From positions 1 through 44,580 of IMG/VR virus record IMGVR_UViG_3300022562_000051: a stretch of DNA of 44,580 nucleotides, one strand, 5' to 3'. The notes beneath the pieces are model-generated. The model saw nothing but the letters and a program-made list of their open reading frames with translations, was not told the origin of the DNA and did not search any database. This document shows, piece after piece, positions 32,537-42,606 of the stretch. Both the position numbers and the translations under genes were made by a program. Within the stretch, counting starts at the first letter, position 1. Each line of letters starts with the position of its first letter. Origin of the DNA: a virus (lineage: Duplodnaviria; Heunggongvirae; Uroviricota; Caudoviricetes).

Positions 32537-33574
32537 ATGAATCAGCGATATTTCATTGGCAAGGAAGGATTCATCTGGTTTGTGGGTGTGGTCGAGGATC
32601 GCATGGACCCTGACATGTTGGGGCGTGTGCGTGTACGTTGCTTTGGCTGGCATACCGAGAACAAGGAAGACATACCTACTGAGAGTCTGCCATGGAGTCA
32701 GTGCCTACACAATAGCAATACGCCTAATGCTGCTCATGCACCAAAAGAGGGCGATTGGGTCATTGGATTCTTTATGGATGGTGACAGTTGCCAACAGCCA
32801 GTGGTCATGGGTGTACTACCGGGATATCCTACTCAAACACCAGATTCCAATGTGGGGTATAATGATCCTAATGGTGTATATCCAAAGCGCATCAATGAAT
32901 CCACGCTCAATAGACTCAGCCGTGGACGCAAGGATGGTACAGTCATTGAGACTCGCGAACGCAATCTCAAGACAGGCGTGAAACAGATAGAGGGTAGTTG
33001 GGATGAACCCGCACCCACATTCTCACCCACCTATCCATACAATGCTGCTCATGAGTCGGAGTCTGGTCACGCATTAGAGTTTGACGATACAGAGGGCAGC
33101 GAGCGTGTTCATCTTGCACATAAGAATGGTTCGCATGTAGAGTTCAAGCCTGATGGTACATGCACCTACAAAGCCACCAAGGATAGGTACTCAGTCATAC
33201 TAGGGGATGACTATATCTCAGTGGATGGTAATTGCAATATCACGGTGGGTGGAGACTGTAATCTCAAGGTGATAGGCAAGTTCAATGTGGAAGCCAGTGA
33301 GATTAACATGGCAGCGTCAGGGCAAGTACGCATTAAGGCTGGTGGAGCATTAAAGCAAGAGGGTAAGACAGTAGATATCAAGTCAGGTGGTGTGATGAAG
33401 ATAGGAGCTACAGGCAAGCTCAATCTCAAGGGCAAGTCAGCCGCACTACAGGGTAAGTCAGTCTCCCTTGCTGGTAAGATCGCCAACAAGGTCAAGTGTC
33501 CAAAGTCCATTTGTAAGATACTGCCAACTGGTTCAGCCTCGTCCCCATCCAATACAGGATTGAAGACGCCATGA
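32537..33574 (+). CDS. Baseplate central spike, gp5-like (OB fold plus beta-helix, no lysozyme domain)
   Basis: WFVGVVEDRMDP..LGRVRVR, LPW, V.GFF.DG...Q.P, YPYN...SESGH..EFDDT. Confidence 0.9.
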   Translation: MNQRYFIGKEGFIWFVGVVEDRMDPDMLGRVRVRCFGWHTENKEDIPTESLPWSQCLHNSNTPNAAHAPKEGDWVIGFFMDGDSCQQPVVMGVLPGYPTQTPDSNVGYNDPNGVYPKRINESTLNRLSRGRKDGTVIETRERNLKTGVKQIEGSWDEPAPTFSPTYPYNAAHESESGHALEFDDTEGSERVHLAHKNGSHVEFKPDGTCTYKATKDRYSVILGDDYISVDGNCNITVGGDCNLKVIGKFNVEASEINMAASGQVRIKAGGALKQEGKTVDIKSGGVMKIGATGKLNLKGKSAALQGKSVSLAGKIANKVKCPKSICKILPTGSASSPSNTGLKTP

Positions 33575-35220
33575 GACTCACAGAAGACAAGAATTTAGTA
33601 AAATATACGAAAGCTCAAGATGCTTATCGTACAGTCCTGCGTACCGAGAGGGATGCCATCAAGCTACGCGCAGCCACTCATACGCTTGAGGATACACTGA
33701 ATGGGCTGTCGGGATACTATACGGGTTGGGTGTACAGCATACGCTCAGACCTACAAGCCATCAACTATGAGCTATACAAGCTTGCCAAGGACAAGGGAAT
33801 CATACTCAATCTGTATCCACCGATGCTGCCCAACGTCCAGATTAGCACTGAAACACAGACGGTAATACGGACGGGTAAGAAGCTATACCCGAAAACGGTA
33901 ACTTTTTCAACTTCTGCCTGTTCATCGAGTGAAGTGATCACCTACACCGCTGCCGCTGCTCCCGCAAACACGGTCATCGTCCCATATTCGCAAGTGCTGG
34001 ATGACGAGATTGATCCCGAGTTTGACGCACTGGACGCAGAGGAAGTCACCGAAGCTCCCATGACGTACAATGCCGTGGAAGCGCCCTTTGCGCCCATGAT
34101 GAGTAACGCACTGATCGCGCTGGCACTGACTGCGGCTGCGAATGCCAATGGCTTACAGGCTGGTCTTACGACATTCTCGCAAAATCCGCTAGCGGCTGAC
34201 ATTGACTCCATGCGTGATCTGCTCTTCTACTATACGGAAGGCAACTATGCGAATCTGAATACTGCGCTATCGGGCGTGTCTTCCAATCCATCCCTGAACA
34301 CCGAGTATCGTATGCTTCGCGAGGCTATCGGTGGACCGGACGGACTCTCTGGATGCGTGGCTCAGTTGGACGCCTTTCTGGATCACACTAATCGGTTGTC
34401 GGGACTAACGCTGGACGAGGATAGCCCGAATGCCGAAGCGACTGCGGATAGCACACAGGAGTATCTGAATCTCTATGGACTTTCCGGTGGTCCGCAGATC
34501 ATCTTCCGATTCAATGCGCGAAAGTTCCGTTCAGCCAAGTATCTCATACAGGCGACTGCGGCTGACGCGGATCGTGGGCATCAGGTCAACGAGCTTTACA
34601 TATTGCACGATGGACACCACGCCTACACTCGCGAAATCGCAGCCATGTATTCGGAAAATCCATTCGTCACTTTTACGACTCGCCTTTACGGGGGCAACAT
34701 CGAAGTCTTGGCTACGACCACTGCGGACAATACGGATTTCGTCATACACGGAACGCGGCTGCAAGTCTCGCGAAGTGCAGCGTCTTACTCCAAGATAAGC
34801 CAAAGTAAGATTATAGAAAACCATCAGACGCTATCGAACTTTCTGAATGACGGCGTGGACTACATTCGCTATCAGAGCGGCTCCCTGTATAACGCGGTTG
34901 TCGTCCGTAACATTGCGCGGGAAATGAAAGACATGCTGCGAGTTCTGACTGCGGGATCGTTTCTGGTTTCTCCGCTAGCTAATCAGTCCGCGACGATCAA
35001 TTCATGGTCAGCCCTCATGTCCACGCGAGCCAATCTGATACAGGAGAGCATTAACACCGACTGGAATTCGTTTGTGGAGTGCGGCAAGAAGTCGGAAGCT
35101 TTGACGATTGCTTACGGGCTGGCGCAGGGTTACGAAGACGCCAATGCTAATACTACTTTGGAATCTACACTAAATAGCACAACGAAGATCGCAATCGTGG
35201 ATGAAGACGATAATGGCTAA
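33571..35220 (+). CDS. Hypothetical virion/baseplate-associated protein
   Basis: 549-aa ORF between gp5 and gp25; FRSAKYLIQ motif. Confidence 0.65.
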   Translation: MRLTEDKNLVKYTKAQDAYRTVLRTERDAIKLRAATHTLEDTLNGLSGYYTGWVYSIRSDLQAINYELYKLAKDKGIILNLYPPMLPNVQISTETQTVIRTGKKLYPKTVTFSTSACSSSEVITYTAAAAPANTVIVPYSQVLDDEIDPEFDALDAEEVTEAPMTYNAVEAPFAPMMSNALIALALTAAANANGLQAGLTTFSQNPLAADIDSMRDLLFYYTEGNYANLNTALSGVSSNPSLNTEYRMLREAIGGPDGLSGCVAQLDAFLDHTNRLSGLTLDEDSPNAEATADSTQEYLNLYGLSGGPQIIFRFNARKFRSAKYLIQATAADADRGHQVNELYILHDGHHAYTREIAAMYSENPFVTFTTRLYGGNIEVLATTTADNTDFVIHGTRLQVSRSAASYSKISQSKIIENHQTLSNFLNDGVDYIRYQSGSLYNAVVVRNIAREMKDMLRVLTAGSFLVSPLANQSATINSWSALMSTRANLIQESINTDWNSFVECGKKSEALTIAYGLAQGYEDANANTTLESTLNSTTKIAIVDEDDNG

Positions 35221-35611
35221 TTCCCTTATAACGCGCACCTATAAAGACCTCGACTTTACCTTTGCCGCTCATCCGGTAACGGGCGACGTTGCGCGAAAGA
35301 CGGGCGAGAAAGCCATCATGCAGTCTATCGCGGGGCTTCTACAGACGGGGCGCTTTGAGCGGCTCTGGCAACCGAATCTTCATAGCAAGCTGCGGGAACA
35401 CCTTTTCGAACCGGTGGACAGCATTACGGGCAGCGCGATTGCCGCAGAGATTCGCACGACGATTGGCAAGCACGAACCGCGAGTAGACCTCACTACGGTA
35501 AACGTCACGCCCGACTATGACAACAACGGCTATTCGGTCACGCTTACGTTCTTCATTGTGAACCAAGCGAACCCAATCACAATTACACTTTTCTTAGAGA
35601 GAATTCGCTAA
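35213..35611 (+). CDS. Baseplate wedge subunit, gp25-like
   Basis: YKDLDFTF..HPVTGD, ER..QP, LFEP, EPRV; CTAAATA promoter at 35170. Confidence 0.92.
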   Translation: MANSLITRTYKDLDFTFAAHPVTGDVARKTGEKAIMQSIAGLLQTGRFERLWQPNLHSKLREHLFEPVDSITGSAIAAEIRTTIGKHEPRVDLTTVNVTPDYDNNGYSVTLTFFIVNQANPITITLFLERIR

Positions 35612-37666
35612 ATGGCACAGAAAATTCGCATCACAGAACTCGACTTTGACTCAATCAAAGCGAACCTCAAGGAATTCCTGAGAAGCCAGCCGGAATTTAC
35701 CGACTACGACTTTGACGGAAGCGCGTTGTCGGTGCTGTTGGACGTTCTCGCATACAACACGCACTACATGGGCTACTACATGAACATGGTCGGCAACGAA
35801 ATGTTCATAGACACCGCGCAGCTTCGGCAGTCCGTCGTTTCCCACGCAAAGCTTCTCGGATACACGCCAAGAAGCCGCGTAGCCAGCCAAGCCATTATTG
35901 ACGTAAAGTTCGCGGAAGTGGTCGGCGGCGCAAACTCTTCCATGACGCTGCCGAAGTTCACGAAGTTTACGAGCGCACCGAAGGACGGCAAGAGTTACAG
36001 CTTTGTCACGATAGAGTCGCGCACGGTGGCAAAGGACGCAAACAGCGACTTTATCTTCGAATCCGTCACGATCAAGGAAGGAAACCCCGTCAGCTACGTC
36101 TTTGCCTATGTCGCGGACACGAACAGCAAGCAGATTTTCGAACTGCCAGACGAGGGCATTGATACAAGTACAATTACAGTTCAGGTGCAGAAAGGTGCGG
36201 ACAACTACTCGCTGGAAACGTTCGAACTCGCGGAAGACGCAACTTCGGTAGTCTCGGATGATCCGGTCTACTATCTGGAAGAAAACCGCAACGGGCGCTA
36301 TCAGATTTACTTTGGCGACGGCGTAATTGGCAAGGCTCTGGATGACGGCAATCTGGTGCTGGTCAGCTATGTCGTTACGAGCGGCGACGAAGCGAACGGA
36401 ATCGGCACTTTCCGCCTAAGCAGCAATCCAAAGCCGGGTTCTACGGGAGTGGTCACGGTAACGCAGGAAAGTTCATCAGGAAAGCAAGCGGAAGATATCG
36501 AATCCATTCGCTTTACCGCGCCGAAGTCCTTCATTGCCCAAAACCGCGCTGTGACGAAGAACGACTACGAAGCACTCATTAATAAGAATTATCCGTACTT
36601 CGACTCGGTTTCGGTGTGGGGCGGCGAAGAGAACGACCCGCCAGTATACGGCAAGATTTTCTTCTCTTGCAAGCCGCGTGGAAACTACGAGGTCACGCAG
36701 ACGGAAATTCAGTACATGAAGGACAACGTATTGAAGCCGATTTCCGTCCTGACCGTAACGCCCGAGTATGTCGCGCCGGATTACAACTACATGAACTTTG
36801 TGATTGACGTAGTGTACGATCCGCGCCAGACCACGAAGACCGCAGGCGCAATCAACACGGCTGTTCGGGCAGCGGTGGAAGGTTTCGCTAATACGTATTT
36901 GAACACCTTTAATAACACCTTCCGCATGTCCAAGCTGGTTCGCGCAGTAGACGAGGCTGATCCGAGCATTCAGAATAACAGTATTCGCGTCCTGATAGAG
37001 AAGCGTTTCCGTCCGTTGCTGAATCAAGCGAAAAGTTACAGAATTGACTTTTACGTGCCGCTGCGGAAAGGAACCGCGCTGGACCGGCTTTATTCGTCGC
37101 CGTCTTTCGGCATCATTGACGAGTATGGCGTAGAGCGAACCGCGTTCATCGAAGAAGTCCCGCAGTCCTTTACCGGCATTGACGAAATCACCGTTCTAGC
37201 GACGGGCGACCAGTATACGGACATTCCGAAGGTCACTATCGAAGGCGACGGAGAAGGCGCGGCTGCAAGTGCGGTCATTATCAACGGCAAGCTCAAGTCC
37301 GTCGTTGTGACTAATTCAGGTTCGGGTTATTCCGCAGCCGTCGTTCGCGTAGAAGGTGGCGGTGGAAGCGGCGCGGAACTTCGGGCTGTTCTACAGGGCA
37401 AGAAGGGAACGCTGCGCACGTTCTACTATGACGTAAACAACATCAAGCGCGTGATCAATAACAACGTGGGAACGATCTACTATGATGACGGCTATATCGT
37501 CCTCGACTCGTTTGCGCCGACTTTCGTGAATGATCCGTTTGGCACGATGACCTTTAAAGCCTCACCAAACACCAACGTTTTCTCGACAACCCGCAACGCA
37601 ATTTTGACGCTGGACGATACCGATCCAGCCGCAATTGATATTAGAGTCGGCGTAGTACAGAGTTAA
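35612..37666 (+). CDS. Baseplate wedge subunit, gp6-like
   Basis: LDFDSIKANL..FL, DYDFDGS, LLDVLAYNTHY, FGDGV.G, QNRAVT.NDY, WGGEEN.PP.YGK. Confidence 0.95.
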   Translation: MAQKIRITELDFDSIKANLKEFLRSQPEFTDYDFDGSALSVLLDVLAYNTHYMGYYMNMVGNEMFIDTAQLRQSVVSHAKLLGYTPRSRVASQAIIDVKFAEVVGGANSSMTLPKFTKFTSAPKDGKSYSFVTIESRTVAKDANSDFIFESVTIKEGNPVSYVFAYVADTNSKQIFELPDEGIDTSTITVQVQKGADNYSLETFELAEDATSVVSDDPVYYLEENRNGRYQIYFGDGVIGKALDDGNLVLVSYVVTSGDEANGIGTFRLSSNPKPGSTGVVTVTQESSSGKQAEDIESIRFTAPKSFIAQNRAVTKNDYEALINKNYPYFDSVSVWGGEENDPPVYGKIFFSCKPRGNYEVTQTEIQYMKDNVLKPISVLTVTPEYVAPDYNYMNFVIDVVYDPRQTTKTAGAINTAVRAAVEGFANTYLNTFNNTFRMSKLVRAVDEADPSIQNNSIRVLIEKRFRPLLNQAKSYRIDFYVPLRKGTALDRLYSSPSFGIIDEYGVERTAFIEEVPQSFTGIDEITVLATGDQYTDIPKVTIEGDGEGAAASAVIINGKLKSVVVTNSGSGYSAAVVRVEGGGGSGAELRAVLQGKKGTLRTFYYDVNNIKRVINNNVGTIYYDDGYIVLDSFAPTFVNDPFGTMTFKASPNTNVFSTTRNAILTLDDTDPAAIDIRVGVVQS

Positions 37667-37671
37667 GCATC

Positions 37672-40600
37672 ATGGCAGCAGCAGAAAAAACCGTAAGTGC
37701 GCTAATTGGTCGCCAGCTACCGGACTTTGTTCGGGCTGACAATCCGCAGTTTCAAGCGTTCCTGCAAGCCTACTATCGCTGGCTGGAAGACGAAACCAAG
37801 GGCAATACGGTCTATCACATCATGCGTTCCGGCGAGTATCGGGACATTGACAACACACTCGACCCGTTCATTCGCCTATTCAAGCAGGAACTCCTGCCGT
37901 ACTTTCCTGAGAAGTCCGAGCTAGACCTCGTAAAAATCCTTAAGGGAGCGCGAGAGTTTTACGTTAAGAAGGGTTCGATTGAGTCCGTTCAGTGGCTTTT
38001 CCGCGTTCTCTTTGGCGAAGACGTAGAGATTTACTATCCAAAACAGCAAGTCCTGATCGCGTCGGATGGTAAGTGGAAGCTGCCTCAAGCCTTCCAGCTA
38101 ACTCTAAGCGTGGAAAACGCCAGCATAGACGTAAACCTTCTGGAAAAGCACAAAGCCACAGGGTCTATTTCGAAAGCCACCTGTATCATCGAATCCGCGA
38201 ACAAGACGGTAGACCCAAGTCGCGGATCGTTGCTTAAGAAGGTGCTGGAAATCACGCCCAACAATGCGGTAGACATTCTGAGCGATTACACCGTTTATCA
38301 GGGTGGTAATATCGCGCCGACGTTTTCCGCTACGGTAGACACGTACTATACCGGCAATACGACTCTGGTTATCACTAATACGTCGGGCAGCTACGATCCA
38401 ACCGGCACTCTCTATATCATTGATCCAGCTACCGAAGAAATCATCATTACCGCTACGTTGCTGAACACCTTTACCTTGCACGGCGCGGAATTGTTGGAAA
38501 TGTACGTATCGAATGTCGAAAAGGAATTCACGAACGGCGAATACTTAGAGATACCGTATGTGGACGAGAACGGCGTAGAGCAGCTTTTCCGTGAGCGCAT
38601 CATCGGTTCGATCAGTGGCGTCATCATGGATTCGGACATTCGCACTGATCCAGACGGCAGAAGGCGCGGTAGAACGTACAAGGTCGGTGATCCGATTGTG
38701 TTCTATGGCGGTTTGGCTGACTCCGTGGAAGCCAATGACGCGGTTGCAATCGTCGGAAACGTCACCGTGGGTTCGATTGAGGGCTTGACCGTCAGATTCC
38801 CCGGCTATGGCTATCGCACATACTGGAACACGGAAGCCATTGTTTATCGCAGCGAGGATGATGATCCAAACGCTAATTTGTCTACGGACATTCGCGTGGC
38901 TGGTATTACGACTCTGGTCGGCGCAAACTCACAGGAATCGTATCTGGAAACGATTTCCGTGGACAAGATGCCGATTGAGTACATGAATACGACGGTCATT
39001 GGCGACGGCAGCACATTCTATCCGCTCTTTTCCAATACAAACAAGAACATCGTGCTGACTCTGAGCCAGACGCCAGCCGACGATCCGTGGATTCCCGGCG
39101 AGTACGTATACGCTAATTCGAACGGCAGCTTCGAAACAGCCAACTTTACCGCACAGATTCTTTCCGCTAACACCGGTTGGGCAGGCGGTCCAACTAACGT
39201 CATTCTCTATAACGTCAATAGCACCGTTGCGCTGGATACAACCGGCTTTTTGGTCGGGCAAACACTGACCACAACGCAATCTCTAACCAATTTTGACGTT
39301 GACGCACTGATTGACCTTGATCCGCCGAATCTGCAATACTACCTAGACGCTAATCTGAACACGCAAATCGTTCAAGCACTCACTTATGAGAACATTGATA
39401 CGGGCGGAATTGCGCTTTATAACGTCATCAACGGTGGTTATGGCTTTGCAGGAGAGCCATCTGTGGACACGCAAAGCTACTTTGACACGCTTTTGAGTGC
39501 AAATTATGACTATGCGAACACGGCTGAGTATCCAGATAAGGTTAATACACGCCAAAGTTTGGGTGTTTTTGGGCATATTGCGCACATTTACATTGATAAT
39601 GGCGGCGATGGCTACGCAAACGGCGAAACTGTGTCGGTTTCGGGGCGTGGATACGGCTTTAACGGTGTCGTAACAGTCGGCGCGAGCGGAGAAATCACTT
39701 CCGTAGACATTTTGGACCGTGGTGCAGGCTATTTTGGTGGAATTACGCATCGAACAGTGACCGTAAACACCGTTTCGGGCGCAAATGCCATTCTAACAGC
39801 CTACGGATTCGGTGAAGGTGTCGAAGTGGCAGTGGAAACGGGTGCAATTGGACGTATTCGTGACGTTCGAATGATCAGTCGCGGCTTCGATTACATTGAT
39901 GAGCCGCTGGTTTCCTTCAAGGTTGTGGACATGATCATTGATGGAGTGGACGATAATGAGACTTTGAGCGAGGGCGAGCGCGTCTATCAGGGCGCAACGC
40001 TGGAAACGGCTCTGTTCCAAGGCATTGTCAAGTCCTACAATCGCTCCACCAAGCGTCTGCGTCTGTTCAACTACTCCGGTAACACCAGCTACACTACCAG
40101 TCTGGTCTTTACTTCTCAGGGTGGCGTTCAGTTCACGGTCAATACGAGCGCAAACGTGCCTGCACCGGCTGAATATCCCGCAGCACTTCGCGCAACCGGA
40201 CTGACGAATCCTTACTTCTACGGCAACGGTAAGGCTAAGGGATACGCAGAGTTCTATCAGGGACTCATCAAGTTCCCCGGCTTCTATCTGAATACGGACG
40301 GTTTCCCATCATCCGACAAGAGATTGCAGGATGGTCGCGTTTATCAGAATTACAGTTACGTCATTGAGTCGGAGAAGAGCCTGTCTGAGTACGAGAACAC
40401 CATGAAGGATATCATTCATCCAATTGGTACGCTCATGCTGTCTCGCACCATCACACGCTCGCAGCTACAGGAAGGCATCAGTGGAAATTCCGTAATTTAC
40501 GTAAATGCTGAGAATCCTGTCAGCAGTCAGATCACCATTGCGAACTCTTGGAGCAACGTGGTTACGGGTTCTTCCACCACATGGTCTTCGAACGCGAACG

Positions 40601-40989
40601 TGGGCGACATGCTCTATCTGGTGGACAACTATCCCGGTCATACGTGGCGTGATCAGGTCAAGATCATTACTGCGGTCAACTCGGATACGGAACTGGAAGT
40701 CGAGAGTAATTTCACCTATATCGGCTATGGAAAGCTGTCTTCCGAGGAAAGCAACGATACGGTATTGATCGTGGGGCATGACAAGAGCCTTTCCAGCTTT
40801 GTCAATGTTGGTGATGAAATTAGATTTAATGCCAATAGCTATGTCGAAACCTGTCAGGTTTTGAGCATGGGCGCGAATACACTGACCCTAAATACGACTA
40901 TCGGTAATACTGTCAGTAATGTGGTGTACATTGTTGCACCAGATTACAGCAGTCTTCCTTACGATTATGAAATCATCACGGTAGAATAA
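37672..40989 (+). CDS. Baseplate wedge initiator, gp7-like
   Basis: QLPDFV, FL.AYY.WLE, FY..KGS..S...LFR.LF, SDGKW; C-terminal LQD...YQ.YSYVI, HP.G. Confidence 0.85.
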   Translation: MAAAEKTVSALIGRQLPDFVRADNPQFQAFLQAYYRWLEDETKGNTVYHIMRSGEYRDIDNTLDPFIRLFKQELLPYFPEKSELDLVKILKGAREFYVKKGSIESVQWLFRVLFGEDVEIYYPKQQVLIASDGKWKLPQAFQLTLSVENASIDVNLLEKHKATGSISKATCIIESANKTVDPSRGSLLKKVLEITPNNAVDILSDYTVYQGGNIAPTFSATVDTYYTGNTTLVITNTSGSYDPTGTLYIIDPATEEIIITATLLNTFTLHGAELLEMYVSNVEKEFTNGEYLEIPYVDENGVEQLFRERIIGSISGVIMDSDIRTDPDGRRRGRTYKVGDPIVFYGGLADSVEANDAVAIVGNVTVGSIEGLTVRFPGYGYRTYWNTEAIVYRSEDDDPNANLSTDIRVAGITTLVGANSQESYLETISVDKMPIEYMNTTVIGDGSTFYPLFSNTNKNIVLTLSQTPADDPWIPGEYVYANSNGSFETANFTAQILSANTGWAGGPTNVILYNVNSTVALDTTGFLVGQTLTTTQSLTNFDVDALIDLDPPNLQYYLDANLNTQIVQALTYENIDTGGIALYNVINGGYGFAGEPSVDTQSYFDTLLSANYDYANTAEYPDKVNTRQSLGVFGHIAHIYIDNGGDGYANGETVSVSGRGYGFNGVVTVGASGEITSVDILDRGAGYFGGITHRTVTVNTVSGANAILTAYGFGEGVEVAVETGAIGRIRDVRMISRGFDYIDEPLVSFKVVDMIIDGVDDNETLSEGERVYQGATLETALFQGIVKSYNRSTKRLRLFNYSGNTSYTTSLVFTSQGGVQFTVNTSANVPAPAEYPAALRATGLTNPYFYGNGKAKGYAEFYQGLIKFPGFYLNTDGFPSSDKRLQDGRVYQNYSYVIESEKSLSEYENTMKDIIHPIGTLMLSRTITRSQLQEGISGNSVIYVNAENPVSSQITIANSWSNVVTGSSTTWSSNANVGDMLYLVDNYPGHTWRDQVKIITAVNSDTELEVESNFTYIGYGKLSSEESNDTVLIVGHDKSLSSFVNVGDEIRFNANSYVETCQVLSMGANTLTLNTTIGNTVSNVVYIVAPDYSSLPYDYEIITVE

Positions 40990-40990
40990 C

Positions 40991-42595
40991 ATGCATGATA
41001 AAATCAATATCACTCCACTGCTAAAATTTGAGATAGTGGAAAACATCAAGAGCAACATCTTTACGACGGCTGCTAATACCTATATGGGTATTGGTCGTCC
41101 GATTCGTTGGGGTGATGCCGTTGATCCAGAAGAAGTTGATGAGATTGAGGGTATCATATTTTCTACCAATTATGCAAATCAGGTCTGGCGTGACATGGTA
41201 GCCATGAAGAAGGTTGAGTCTGCGTCAATGTATCTGGTCGTTCCGCGCAGGGATTGGATTTCTGGCATTCATTACGATCCATATTCGGACAATCAAGCAC
41301 TATTTTCACACGAAGCGCATCTTTCCATCGGAACCGTGGATGCTACCGGAAATATCGTTTATTCGAACACAGCAGTCTTTACCGGAAACCTCGCAACCGG
41401 AAATGTAATTCAGATTGGGCATGAGTCTAAGGAAGTTGTTGGTTTCATTAACGCAACGGCAGTGGTGATCAATACCAACGTTTCCACTGCCTACACCAAT
41501 ACAGCCGCAATTCGTATTTCGAACACCTATCCGCAATTCGCGAATAACTTCTATGTGCGTAATAGCAAGGATCAGGTCTTCAAGTGCCTGTTCAACAACT
41601 ATGAAGCGAATTCCACAGTTGAGCCGACAATTGACATTGACGGACAGTTGCCAGAAAATCCGTACATCGAAACGGGTGATGGTTACAAGTGGAAGTATCT
41701 GTACACCATTCCGTATGGCTTGAAGCAGAAGTTCTTCACCAAAAACTGGATGCCTGTCGTAGAAGATGCTTCGGTGGTTGCTGGTGCTGTTAGTGGTCGT
41801 ATTGACGTTATCAACATCGTGGATGGCGGCACTGGATACTTCCTCGACAATGGCGAATCAGGTAATTCAAATTCGCTCGCAATTCTGACCGTTGTTGGTG
41901 ATGGAACCGGCGCGACAGTTTCAGCGAGGGTTGAATCTGGTGTCATTACCGACATAAATATACTTAATGGTGGTAGCGACTATACTACGGCTGAGATTGT
42001 CATTGACGATCCTGATCAGCTAGCAAACGGAACATCAGCTAATCTTGAGGTAGCAATTTCACCGTATGGTGGACATGGCAGCAATCCGGCAAAGGAACTT
42101 GGATGCTTTTCCATTATGATATCGGTAGACCTTGAGGGAACCGAATCGGGAACGATTCCAGTAGGAACAGATGTTGATCCATTCGATTTCCGTCAGATCA
42201 TACTGGTACGTGATCCACTAACTGCGAATGGGTTGTATGCGAATGATTCGGTTTACAGAACCACCACTAAGTTGAGTTTGACGGACCCCGGTACATCAAA
42301 CTACAGTAATGACGAAACGGTGTACATTGGTGCTTCGGGTGATCCTGCATTCACAGCCGTAGTGGTTCATTGGGAGCCTAATACGAACGAACTATACGTG
42401 AATAATCTGTCTGGTAATGTGACTGTCGGCAGTACCCTGTACGGTACCGTTTCCAATGCCAGCGCGACGATTCTAGGCACAGAAGAGCCTGATGTAAGCC
42501 TGTTTGCGGGAGATATCCTATATATTGAGAATAGGCAAAAAATTGTTCGTAATGAGAACCAAACCGAGCAGATCAGGTTAATCCTATCATTCTAA
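40991..42595 (+). CDS. Baseplate wedge subunit, gp8-like
   Basis: VVPRRDW, FYV.NS..QVFKCL.N, DGYKWKYLYTI, GGHGSNP..ELG, FRQI...DP. Confidence 0.9.
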   Translation: MHDKINITPLLKFEIVENIKSNIFTTAANTYMGIGRPIRWGDAVDPEEVDEIEGIIFSTNYANQVWRDMVAMKKVESASMYLVVPRRDWISGIHYDPYSDNQALFSHEAHLSIGTVDATGNIVYSNTAVFTGNLATGNVIQIGHESKEVVGFINATAVVINTNVSTAYTNTAAIRISNTYPQFANNFYVRNSKDQVFKCLFNNYEANSTVEPTIDIDGQLPENPYIETGDGYKWKYLYTIPYGLKQKFFTKNWMPVVEDASVVAGAVSGRIDVINIVDGGTGYFLDNGESGNSNSLAILTVVGDGTGATVSARVESGVITDINILNGGSDYTTAEIVIDDPDQLANGTSANLEVAISPYGGHGSNPAKELGCFSIMISVDLEGTESGTIPVGTDVDPFDFRQIILVRDPLTANGLYANDSVYRTTTKLSLTDPGTSNYSNDETVYIGASGDPAFTAVVVHWEPNTNELYVNNLSGNVTVGSTLYGTVSNASATILGTEEPDVSLFAGDILYIENRQKIVRNENQTEQIRLILSF

Positions 42596-42606
42596 GAGAG
42601 TAAGCA

